A stretch of 64,000 nt of DNA from Oscillospiraceae bacterium (GTDB lineage Bacteria > Bacillota > Clostridia > Oscillospirales > Oscillospiraceae): assembly GCA_015067995.1 (NCBI GenBank), contig SVLJ01000015.1, positions 511-64,510 on the forward strand, in the 5' to 3' direction. Positions 40,125 through 47,761 of the stretch are shown here, in pieces. Position numbers and translations under genes: made by a program. Within the stretch, counting starts at the first letter, position 1, and each line of letters opens with the position of its first letter. The notes under the pieces were generated by a model. That model made no database searches and had not been told where the DNA came from. It saw only the letters and a list, made by a program, of their open reading frames with translations.

Positions 40125-40163
40125 GCAGCCGGTGGAGCTTGCTCCACCGGCTGCGTTTTCGTT
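40125..40163. terminator. bidirectional terminator between bioY and cysS
   Basis: GCAGCCGGTGGAGC-TT-GCTCCACCGGCTGC followed by GTTTTCGTTT. Confidence 0.8.
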
Positions 40164-40168
40164 TGCAC

Positions 40169-41614
40169 TCAGATGCGCTTCCAGGAAGCGCCGTCCTTCA
40201 TATCCACGATCTCAATGCCCTGTGCTTTCAGTTCATCACGGATACGGTCGGCCTCGGCAAAGTTCTTGGCCTTCTTGGCCTCATAGCGTGCCATCACCAG
40301 TGCGTCAATGGCGGGATCGCCTTCGCCGGTGACAGTATAGCCGCACTCAGCCTTGGCGGTCTGCTGGGCAGCCAGCTCTGCCCGCTTGGCGGCAGCCTTC
40401 TCCAGCAGGCTCAGGCTCAGCACCTCATCATAGCTGCCGATGAGTGCCAGCTTGGTGGCGTCGTTGGTCTTGGCCTTCAGCACGTCGAAGATGGCGGTGA
40501 CGCCCATGGAGGTGTTCAGGTCGTTGCCCATCTGCTGCAGGAACTTGCCCCTGTAGGTATCAAAGGCTTCCTGCTCCACCTCGCCCTCGGGTTTCAGAGC
40601 GGCAATGCGGGCAATGAGCTTGTTGAAGGCGGTCACGGCGTTGTCCAGGTTCTCCCAGCTGAACACCAGTGCCTTGCGGTAGTGGCTCTGGAGGCAGAAG
40701 TAGCGATAGGCCAGAGGATCGTAGCCCTTTTCCTTCAGCAGGGAGACGGTGAGGAACTCGCCCTTGGACTTGGACATCTTGCCGGTGTCGGTATTCAGGT
40801 GTGCCACATGGAACCACTGCTTGCACCAGGGATGGCCGATGAAGCTTTCGGACTGGGCGATCTCGTTGGTGTGGTGGGGGAAGGCATTGTCGATGCCGCC
40901 GCAGTGGAGATCCAGATACTCGCCGTTGTGCTTCAGGGAGATGCCGGTGCACTCAATGTGCCAGCCGGGATAGCCCACGCCCCAGGGAGAATCCCACTTC
41001 AGCGCCTGATCCTCGAACTTGGACTTGGTGAACCACAGCACGAAGTCATTCTTGTTGCGTTTGTTGGAGTCCTCCTCCACGCCCTCACGGACGCCAACAG
41101 CCAGATCTTCCTCATCGTGGTCATTGAACACATAGTAGCGATCCAGCTTGGAAGAGTCGAAGTAGACGTTGCCGCCGGCCACATAAGCGTATTCCTTCTC
41201 GATGAGGCCGGAGACGATCTTGATATAATCGTCGATACAGTTGGTGGCGGGTTCCACCACATCGGGGGTCTTGATGTTCAGAGCTTCGCAGTCGGCAAAG
41301 AATGCATCGGTGTAGTACTTGGCGATCTCCATGACGGACTTGTTTTCCCGCTTGGCGCCCTTGAGCATCTTGTCCTCGCCGGTATCGGCGTCAGAGGCCA
41401 GATGCCCGACGTCGGTGATGTTCATGACGCGGTTGACGTCATACCCGGAGTAGCGCAGGAACTTTTCCAGCACGTCCTCCATGATATAGCTGCGCAGGTT
41501 TCCAATGTGGGCGAAATGATACACAGTGGGGCCGCAGGTGTACATCTCCACATGGCCGGGGGTATGGGTCTGAAACTCTTCTTTCTTATGGGTGGCGGAA
41601 TTGTATAAATACAT
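40169..41614 (-). CDS. cysS: cysteine--tRNA ligase
   Basis: HIGN motif (TVYHFAHIGNLR) and KMSKS motif (GKMSKSKG). Confidence 0.96.
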   Translation of the reverse strand: MYLYNSATHKKEEFQTHTPGHVEMYTCGPTVYHFAHIGNLRSYIMEDVLEKFLRYSGYDVNRVMNITDVGHLASDADTGEDKMLKGAKRENKSVMEIAKYYTDAFFADCEALNIKTPDVVEPATNCIDDYIKIVSGLIEKEYAYVAGGNVYFDSSKLDRYYVFNDHDEEDLAVGVREGVEEDSNKRNKNDFVLWFTKSKFEDQALKWDSPWGVGYPGWHIECTGISLKHNGEYLDLHCGGIDNAFPHHTNEIAQSESFIGHPWCKQWFHVAHLNTDTGKMSKSKGEFLTVSLLKEKGYDPLAYRYFCLQSHYRKALVFSWENLDNAVTAFNKLIARIAALKPEGEVEQEAFDTYRGKFLQQMGNDLNTSMGVTAIFDVLKAKTNDATKLALIGSYDEVLSLSLLEKAAAKRAELAAQQTAKAECGYTVTGEGDPAIDALVMARYEAKKAKNFAEADRIRDELKAQGIEIVDMKDGASWKRI

Positions 41615-41639
41615 AATTCAGTTCTCCTTGGTATGAATT

Positions 41640-42287
41640 TTATTCGTTCTCGTTCATGCGGCTTTCCAGCTCCTCCACCCGCTTGGCCAGTGCAGCCAGC
41701 TTTTCCAGAGTGGGGTTGTTGACGCTGGTCTGATCCACATCGTCTGCGTAATGGGTGGCGCGTCCGGCGATGCGGACGATCTGCGCGGGGATACCCACGG
41801 CAGTGGCGTGTTCGGGAACTTCCGTCAGTACCACTGCGTTGGCTGCGATACGGGCGCCGTCGCCTACCTTGAAGGGGCCCAGCACCTTGGCACCGGTAGA
41901 GATCAGCACGTTGTTGCCGATGGTGGGGTGGCGCTTGCCCTGATCCTTACCGGTACCGCCCAGGGTGACGCCGTGATAGATCAGGCAGTCATCACCGATC
42001 TCGGCGGTCTCACCGATGACGATGCCCATGCCATGGTCGATGACCAGCCGACGTCCGATGGTGGCGCCGGGATGGATCTCGATACCCGTCCAGAAGCGGC
42101 TCCATTGGGAGACGCATCGGGCGATAAAGGGCATGTGATGACAGTGGAAATAATGGGCGATGCGGTGATAGATAGTGGCGTGTACGCCGGGGTAGAGGAG
42201 GAAAATCTCCAGCTTGCTGCGGGCTGCCGGGTCACGGGCCTGATAGGCCTCCAGCAGTTCGGTCAGTTGATTTGCCATGTTGGACAC
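41640..42287 (-). CDS. cysE: serine O-acetyltransferase
   Basis: Hexapeptide-repeat region IHPGATIGRRLVIDHGMGIVIGETAEIGDDCLIYHGVTLGG. Confidence 0.93.
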   Translation of the reverse strand: MSNMANQLTELLEAYQARDPAARSKLEIFLLYPGVHATIYHRIAHYFHCHHMPFIARCVSQWSRFWTGIEIHPGATIGRRLVIDHGMGIVIGETAEIGDDCLIYHGVTLGGTGKDQGKRHPTIGNNVLISTGAKVLGPFKVGDGARIAANAVVLTEVPEHATAVGIPAQIVRIAGRATHYADDVDQTSVNNPTLEKLAALAKRVEELESRMNENE

Positions 42288-42299
42288 ACTCCTGTTTTG

Positions 42300-42590
42300 C
42301 AGTAGGGGTTAAGACAACAGATCTCGGACCTGTGCCTTACGGGAAATAAAAAAGCCTCCCGTACCCCGTTGGGCACAAGAGGCGTTCAGAAACGCGGTTC
42401 CACTCTTGCATTCACTCATGCCGGCCAGTCAGCCGGTCAGCCGATAACGGCGGCCAGCCGGGGGCCATTACGCCCCGCGCTCCCGGATGCACTTCCCGAT
42501 TTCCGCAGCAGGCACGCTTCCAGCCGATGACGCACCCTCTCTGTTCCTTGGAATGACCGGTACTCTTTCCGTTCACTGCGCAATAAAGGA
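42300..42590 (-). promoter_or_regulatory. T-box leader (cysteine specifier UGC) of cysE-cysS
   Basis: Reading the minus strand: AGAGAGGGTGCG stem I, then a specifier loop GGGAAGUGCAUCC with UGC at 42492-42490. The T-box sequence AGUGGAACCGCG lies at 42405-42394. A terminator stem at 42384-42355 is followed by a U-run. Confidence 0.85.
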
Positions 42591-42602
42591 TTCTCCACAG
42601 TA

Positions 42603-42631
42603 TATTACCAGAGGCCTGACGCCGTGTCAAG
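42603..42631 (-). promoter_or_regulatory. promoter of the T-box/cysES operon
   Basis: On the minus strand: TTGACA (42631-42626), 17 nt spacer, TAATAT (42608-42603). Confidence 0.6.
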
Positions 42632-42634
42632 TAT

Positions 42635-43222
42635 TTACACCGACATGGGCACCAGGATCTGATCCAGCCGCAGGCCTTCCTCCACTCGGCGTGTCAGCGC
42701 CTGGCGGCAGCGAAGAAATCTCTCGAACATTTGCCGCGCATAGTCGGCATCTCCATAGACCTTCCAGCAACCGGACAGCTTGCAGTTGTGTCCTTTGTGA
42801 ATGCGAAAGCCTTCTACATCTGCTACGGGATATCCCAAAAACAGACCGATCTCATGGGGAAACTCATCCTGCGCCAGACGATGGCACAGGTGATTCAGCA
42901 GTGCGTCTGTTTTTATGGGCTGCCCCGCAGGGTAGCCCTCTTTGGCCAGCGCAGTCTGTACATCCGGCTGAGAAAGGCACTGCTCCAACCGCTGGGGACG
43001 AAAGACCAGCATCAGCAGTCGGCTGCCGCAGGGACGCAGAATGCGCAGGCAGATGCCAAGACGGGCAAAACTCTCTGTATAGTGCTGCAGAAATTCTGCG
43101 GTGTTCCGTGCCGGAGGTTCCCAGCAGATCATGTCTGCCGCCTTGATACCCACCAGAGACGGTGCGCAGTGCCATGCGAGGGTCAGCTCAAAGCTCCGGT
43201 GAGCGGAAGAAAAGACAGTCAT
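42635..43222 (-). CDS. DUF3793-like protein
   Basis: 195 aa. FPHEIGLFLGYPVADVEGFRIHKGHNCKLSGCWKVYGD matches my recollection of the DUF3793 signature. AGGAGG RBS. Confidence 0.65.
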   Translation of the reverse strand: MTVFSSAHRSFELTLAWHCAPSLVGIKAADMICWEPPARNTAEFLQHYTESFARLGICLRILRPCGSRLLMLVFRPQRLEQCLSQPDVQTALAKEGYPAGQPIKTDALLNHLCHRLAQDEFPHEIGLFLGYPVADVEGFRIHKGHNCKLSGCWKVYGDADYARQMFERFLRCRQALTRRVEEGLRLDQILVPMSV

Positions 43223-43237
43223 TATGGCCTCCTTCTT

Positions 43238-43322
43238 GCGGGTTAGTAGGAACTAACCCGCCTGTCAGCAGAAAGCAGGCTGCTGCCTGCCACACAAGGT
43301 TAGTTAAAACTAACCTTGTGTG
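43238..43322. promoter_or_regulatory. two related perfect palindromes (GGTTAGT-N4-ACTAACC cores) in the DUF3793 gene 5' region
   Basis: 43238-43261 is GCGGGTTAGT-AGGA-ACTAACCCGC. 43291-43322 is CACACAAGGTTAGT-TAAA-ACTAACCTTGTGTG. The second overlaps the predicted transcription start. Confidence 0.8.
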
Positions 43323-43323
43323 T

Positions 43324-43352
43324 AAAATACCATACCACCTGTCAACGGTCAA
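43324..43352 (-). promoter_or_regulatory. candidate promoter of the DUF3793 gene
   Basis: On the minus strand: TTGACC (43352-43347), 17 nt spacer, TATTTT (43329-43324). Confidence 0.45.
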
Positions 43353-43700
43353 GAGGATTTTGAGCAGCACTGCTCTCTGGTGGTATGGTTTCCTGTCGAA
43401 AAGAGATTATGCAATTATAAAAACGTCGATTTGTCGGGAAATCCTTCCTGTAGATGCCATGGCATGGTGAGAGTTGCCTTCGTCGATGATAAACGCGGCG
43501 CCGCCACTCTGGGGGACTGGTGATGGCTGCCGATATGCTAAAGACAGCCTCGGCTCCGGCGTGTGCCGCGCCGGTACAGAGAAGTTCCAGGAGGTCGGCG
43601 AACTGAACCTGAAAGAGGCGCTAAGTGACTATTGTCCCCAAGACCTGGAAGGGAACCGTCCAGTGCGTCATGGACACTAAGGCTGAGAAGTAAATGCGTA

Positions 43701-43738
43701 AATAAGGACGGAAGCGACAACTCGCTTCCGTCCTTATT
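43701..43738. terminator. strong bidirectional terminator (17-bp stem)
   Basis: AATAAGGACGGAAGCGA-CAAC-TCGCTTCCGTCCTTATT, with T-rich flanks on both strands. It lies just downstream of the SASP fragment. Confidence 0.8.
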
Positions 43739-43752
43739 ATCTTTGGAGAAGA

Positions 43753-43872
43753 TTACAGGTTCTTCTCGTAGGACTCGATCATCTTCTTGACCATCTGGCC
43801 GCCGACGCTGCCGGCCTCGCGGGAGGTCAGGTGACCGTTGTAGCCTTCCTTCAGGTCAACGCCGACCTCCTT
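43753..43872 (-). pseudogene. 3' fragment of an alpha/beta-type small acid-soluble spore protein gene
   Basis: It encodes ...EVGVDLKEGYNGHLTSREAGSVGGQMVKKMIESYEKNL*. This matches the C-terminal half of alpha/beta SASPs (TxRxxGxVGG core). Upstream the frame becomes AT-rich nonsense, and no N-terminal half is present. Confidence 0.8.
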
Positions 43873-43978
43873 TGATGTTAAAAAACATATTGAAATTTTC
43901 GGTTGAACCTCGATCCATGTGTTGACGGACACTTTCGAGGTTAGAAAAATGATGTTCATTATTTCAGGATTCTATTGA

Positions 43979-45646
43979 TTAGCTTGCTTCGTCGCGGCTG
44001 ACCTCGCGTACCGGCTCGCCAGAAATATCTCCGATGAAGCGATAGAAAATCCTGATTTCTTGTTTGTACGGTGTCTTGGGCCCAGCAATCGTAGTTCCTT
44101 CAGGAAGGATACGCTCGCTCACCTCAATTCGATCTATAAAAGTACGAACGATATCTTGTGTCAGGGTTTCAATGTGCGTGGCCTGCTTGACCAATTTGAA
44201 GAAGTCGCGATAATTGTCAGTGACTTGTGATGCAGCCTCGATTGAATCCCGTAACTCAGCAATCTTTGAGCTGTTGGTTTTGGATTCTTCATCGAGAGAT
44301 CTCACCATGCGCTCCAACCGCTCATCATCAATACGCCCTGAAACATTGTCCATATAAAGCTTTGTAATCATATCATCGATTTGCTTCTGGCGTTTCTCGA
44401 TGTTTCTGATCATGCTTTTGGCCTGCTGTTCTTTTTGTCCGCCTTGAGCTTCAGCTTGAACTTGACGAATGATTTCGTCCATTTCCTCATCGGTCAGGCT
44501 AATAAATTCGTTCAGTTCCTTGGTAATAATCTCAAGAAAATCCGTGTACTTGATTCTAGCGGGATGGTCACAATGTTTCGGACTTCGCTTGGGCAAGTTG
44601 TTGCATTGGAGATACCAATATTTTTCGCGCTCCCCTTTATAGACAGAGCCGGCACTACACATAGCAGTACCACAATGCGCACAGAATGCAATGCCTCCAA
44701 AGATGCTACGCCTAACGTGCTCATACTTCTGCCATTCCTTTGCAGATGCTTTCAGATTCCGTTGAACAGCATCAAAGACATCTTGAGACACTAACGGTGG
44801 ATGTGTGTTCATTGTGATATGCCACTCACTGCGATCCAGCGCAACCTTCCTCTTCGCTTTAAGGCTAACCTTTTTGCTACGGCCCAAAAGTGTATGACCG
44901 AGATAAACCTCGTTTCGGAGAATACGTTTGACAGTAACATAATTCCACGCATCCGATGCTCTTGCAGCACCCTTTTCTCCAAACTCTCCAGTATATTCGA
45001 CGCGATATTTCAATGGCGGAATAACCTTTTCAGCATTCAGCTGGTCACAAATTGCACGGGTCGATTTACCTTCGCTTGCCAGTTGAAATATCATCTGAAC
45101 GATTGGGGCGGTTGCTTCGTCTGGAATGAGTTTTGACTTGTCACGAGGATTCTTAGCATAGCCGTAAGGAGGGCAAGCCGCATATTCGCCTGCCTTCTTT
45201 TTGGCGTTCAAAATGTTTTTAACTTTCTTGGAAGTGTCGCGCAAATACACGTCGTTCATTGCAAACTGGAACGGTGCAAGTGTATTGTCCTTTTCGGAAT
45301 CAAAATTGTCGTGGATTGCAATATAATGAATTCCATTCTCAGGGAAGAAAGTTTCTGCATAATACGAGGACTCACGCATATCACGGCCCAGACGAGAAAG
45401 ATCTTTGGTCAAGACCATGGTTACTTCCTTCTTCTGCAAATAGCGAAGCATTTCATTGAATCCAGGGCGATCAAAATTTCCTCCAGAAAAACCATCGTCA
45501 ACGAACTCGCGAATAATGGTTATTCCGTGACGCTCACAATATTGGCGGATTGCAATTCTTTGGTTCTGGATACTAGATGACTCTCCGCACTTGAATTCTT
45601 CTTCGGATAATCGCAAGTAGACGTACGCTAATAATAAGGCTGTCAA
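43979..45646 (-). CDS. large serine recombinase (integrase)
   Basis: 555 aa, TTG start after GGAGGA. Resolvase catalytic domain (YLRLSEEE...DDGFSGGNFDRPGF...TKDLSRLGRD), a recombinase domain, and a zinc ribbon (CAHCGTAMC...YLQC) followed by a coiled coil. Confidence 0.93.
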   Translation of the reverse strand: MTALLLAYVYLRLSEEEFKCGESSSIQNQRIAIRQYCERHGITIIREFVDDGFSGGNFDRPGFNEMLRYLQKKEVTMVLTKDLSRLGRDMRESSYYAETFFPENGIHYIAIHDNFDSEKDNTLAPFQFAMNDVYLRDTSKKVKNILNAKKKAGEYAACPPYGYAKNPRDKSKLIPDEATAPIVQMIFQLASEGKSTRAICDQLNAEKVIPPLKYRVEYTGEFGEKGAARASDAWNYVTVKRILRNEVYLGHTLLGRSKKVSLKAKRKVALDRSEWHITMNTHPPLVSQDVFDAVQRNLKASAKEWQKYEHVRRSIFGGIAFCAHCGTAMCSAGSVYKGEREKYWYLQCNNLPKRSPKHCDHPARIKYTDFLEIITKELNEFISLTDEEMDEIIRQVQAEAQGGQKEQQAKSMIRNIEKRQKQIDDMITKLYMDNVSGRIDDERLERMVRSLDEESKTNSSKIAELRDSIEAASQVTDNYRDFFKLVKQATHIETLTQDIVRTFIDRIEVSERILPEGTTIAGPKTPYKQEIRIFYRFIGDISGEPVREVSRDEAS

Positions 45647-45671
45647 AACGGTCCTCCATTCCCAGCACTAA

Positions 45672-45866
45672 CTACGGTTTAATTATACGATAATCAGGGC
45701 TCGAATTCAAAACTCCATTTTTTAGTAACCCGTTTGAAATCTCAGTTACAAGGATCTCGGATAGAGTCCTTTGCGTCCCGAACTTTCTACGAACAATAAA
45801 CTGTCGATTTTCGACATGATAAGTGGTTGAGTTCTCCAGAGGCTGGTTACTCTTGTCTTCGTTCAT
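45672..45866 (-). CDS. small TnpW-like protein upstream of the recombinase
   Basis: 64 aa. TTYHVENRQFIVRRKFGTQRTLSEILVTEIS resembles the small TnpW-type proteins that accompany serine-recombinase transposons. This is recollection only. Confidence 0.4.
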   Translation of the reverse strand: MNEDKSNQPLENSTTYHVENRQFIVRRKFGTQRTLSEILVTEISNGLLKNGVLNSSPDYRIIKP

Positions 45867-45904
45867 TCAATCATCCTTTCCTTTGTAAGATATTTGTATT
45901 ATTG

Positions 45905-45928
45905 CCAGGTTATATAGAATTAACCTTG
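45905..45928. promoter_or_regulatory. palindrome AGGTTA-N8-TAACCT upstream of the tnpW-like/recombinase operon
   Basis: CCAGGTTATATAGAATTAACCTTG. It shares GGTTA-N8-TAACC and the arm TAACCTTGT with the palindrome at 43291-43322. Confidence 0.7.
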
Positions 45929-46180
45929 TTCCATACACTCCCCATGCGCCCGGATCATTTCCTGCGCTCAAATTTAGACCGCGTTTTTTCAGGCTCCACT
46001 ATGTAGATTTCTGTCTGTAGGCGCGCAGATGCACACTATCTACAGCTCCTGTATCACTTCCGGATGGGGCTATTGTGCCAGCAATCAATGCGGCATTTTC
46101 AAGGTACAATGTAAGTGCGGTAGAATCACCTCTAACACAGGAATGAGAAAAATTTCATTCTGCGTGGAGTGGAAATATAA

Positions 46181-46212
46181 ATACCAAAACACAATATCTT
46201 GTGTTTTGGTAT
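46181..46212. other. perfect 13-bp-stem hairpin
   Basis: ATACCAAAACACA-ATATCT-TGTGTTTTGGTAT. On the minus strand it is followed by TTATATTT, so it may be a terminator or insulator. It abuts the -35 box of the next promoter. Confidence 0.7.
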
Positions 46213-46240
46213 TGACAGAAACTAAATATTGTGCTACGCT
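46212..46240 (+). promoter_or_regulatory. candidate promoter of the leader transcript
   Basis: TTGACA (46212-46217), 17 nt spacer, TACGCT (46235-46240). Confidence 0.45.
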
Positions 46241-46245
46241 TCATC

Positions 46246-46503
46246 TGTAATTGATTCTATGTGCGTTCCTCTTTTGAGGGTAGGCTATGCCTACTGGCGA
46301 GTTCGCTTGCATTGCACACGTTTTGCTTGGATTGAACGAAACATCAGCGGGATTGTTGCGCCCTTCGGCCGACGACTGCTGATTATTTTATTTTTATCGC
46401 GGAGAATTTCTCCGTATTCGCTAAGAGCGAGAATGACTGTGCCCACCATACGGTGAGCAAAACTGGTATGCACCAGATAACGGTCATTCTCGCTCTTTTT
46501 TTG
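46246..46503 (+). ncRNA. candidate structured leader/sRNA (about 255 nt) ending in a 15-bp-stem terminator
   Basis: No credible ORF. Local hairpins at 46280-46294, 46343-46380 and 46398-46414. A terminal stem, 46423-46437 paired with 46483-46497, is followed by T7 at 46496-46502. It sits directly upstream of the yqaJ operon. Confidence 0.45.
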
Positions 46504-46560
46504 TTTTCGCCCAAACGCCGACAGGCTTTGAGGATAAATCAACAGAAAGGAGCCGTAGCA

Positions 46561-46689
46561 ATGAACCGCAGCAGTCATTTGAAACCGTGGGAGTTCCCAC
46601 ACCGCCCGACTGGTCCGCCGTGGTGCGATCAATCAAACAGGAAGCATAGGAAACGTGGTACGCCTGTGAAAGGGGGCGTCAGTATTTGA
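46561..46689 (+). CDS. possible 42-aa basic peptide, translationally coupled to yqaJ
   Basis: AAAGGAG RBS lies 8 nt before the ATG. The peptide reads MNRSSHLKPWEFPHRPTGPPWCDQSNRKHRKRGTPVKGGVSI. Its stop overlaps the TTG start of the next gene. Confidence 0.35.
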   Translation: MNRSSHLKPWEFPHRPTGPPWCDQSNRKHRKRGTPVKGGVSI

Positions 46690-47735
46690 CACAGAGCAAA
46701 ACATACGAACCGAATATCCTTGTAGACACATCAGATCTGCCCCGGGACGAGTGGCTGAAATATCGTCGTCTCGGAATCGGCGGCAGTGATGCAGCGGCGA
46801 TCCTTGGTATATCGCCATTCCGCACGGCCAGAGACCTCTATTACGATAAGCTGAACATTGTAACAGCGGACGATGAGGGAAACTGGGTTGCGATGGAGAT
46901 GGGGAATCTATTGGAACCTCTGGTCGCCAAAATCTTTGCCAAAAAGACCGGGCTGAAAGTATTCCAGCGCAAGTGCATGTTTCAGCATCCGCATTATCCG
47001 TGGATGCTGGCCGATCTGGATTACCTCGTGGAACTGCCAGACGGCAGCATTGCCATCTTGGAAATCAAGACCACGAACTATAATGCCAAAGACAACTGGT
47101 GGTACAACGGCAAAGAGATCGTTCCCATCTACTACGAATCCCAGGGGCGCCATTACATGAGCGTCATGAATATCGACCGCGTCTATTTCTGCTGCCTGTA
47201 TGGTAACAATGAGGACGAGGCGATCATTCGACACATTGACCGTGATATGGACTATGAAGCTGAACTGATTGCTTTGGAGCAGACCTTCTGGCATGAGAAC
47301 GTGCTTGCAAAGGTACCGCCTCCCTACACCGAGGATGGCGAGCTGATTTTGGAGAGCCTGCGCCGGAAGCTGGGGCCGTCTGAAAAAGATGCGCCGCCTG
47401 CTATTCTCTCGATGCCGCAGTATCCAAAAATTGCACGCTATATTGAGCTTCAAAAGCAGAAAAGTGAGGTCAACAAATCGCTGGAACAAATCAAAAGCGA
47501 AATGACCCGACTGAAAGGGCTTCTGGTTGAGGCAATGGGAACAAGCTGTCAGGCAACCTACGAGGACACCGACAGGCGGTTCACCGTTACATTCAATCCT
47601 GTTCGAACGCCCGGTATAACCAAGGAGGGCCTTGAACGAATGAAGGAGGTGCATCCGGACATTTACGAAGAGTATGTCACAATCTCCGAGAGCAGGAGAT
47701 TTTATATCAAAGAGACAAAGCCGAAAGCGGCTTAG
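46686..47735 (+). CDS. YqaJ-like viral recombinase exonuclease (PD-(D/E)XK)
   Basis: Contains EWLKYRRLGIGGSDAAAILGISPFRTARDLYYDK and LEIKTT. The C-terminal extension is coiled-coil. Confidence 0.85.
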   Translation: MTQSKTYEPNILVDTSDLPRDEWLKYRRLGIGGSDAAAILGISPFRTARDLYYDKLNIVTADDEGNWVAMEMGNLLEPLVAKIFAKKTGLKVFQRKCMFQHPHYPWMLADLDYLVELPDGSIAILEIKTTNYNAKDNWWYNGKEIVPIYYESQGRHYMSVMNIDRVYFCCLYGNNEDEAIIRHIDRDMDYEAELIALEQTFWHENVLAKVPPPYTEDGELILESLRRKLGPSEKDAPPAILSMPQYPKIARYIELQKQKSEVNKSLEQIKSEMTRLKGLLVEAMGTSCQATYEDTDRRFTVTFNPVRTPGITKEGLERMKEVHPDIYEEYVTISESRRFYIKETKPKAA

Positions 47736-47761
47736 TTGTCCCACGGAGGTGAAGCAACGAT

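Noticed and set aside
43636-43665. GACCUGGAAGGGAACC resembles the SRP RNA domain IV core (GUCCGGAAGGAAGCAGC)
   Set aside because: The GNRA tetraloop context and the conserved GAAGCAGC side are missing. I could not build the flanking helix 8 pairing or an Alu domain.
43905-43942. Nested inverted repeat AACCTCGA...GTGT-TGACGG-ACAC...TCGAGGTT between the junction and the recombinase stop, considered as the att core
   Set aside because: It could equally be the recombinase terminator. Without the attR or attB sequence the crossover site cannot be placed, so it is noted only as part of the junction.
45932-45939. CATACACT resembles a sigma-E/sigma-K type -10 box on the plus strand, just past the recombinase-operon palindrome. 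That would fit sporulation-controlled excision.
   Set aside because: A single 8-mer with only a loose upstream ATATA element is too weak to support a call without transcript data.
46029-46456. Track ORFs 46029..46250, 46229..46456 and 46291..46632 in the non-coding region of the element
   Set aside because: None has an RBS. The predicted peptides are Cys/Ser/Ile-rich nonsense, and the ORFs overlap the hairpins and terminator. I treat the region as non-coding.
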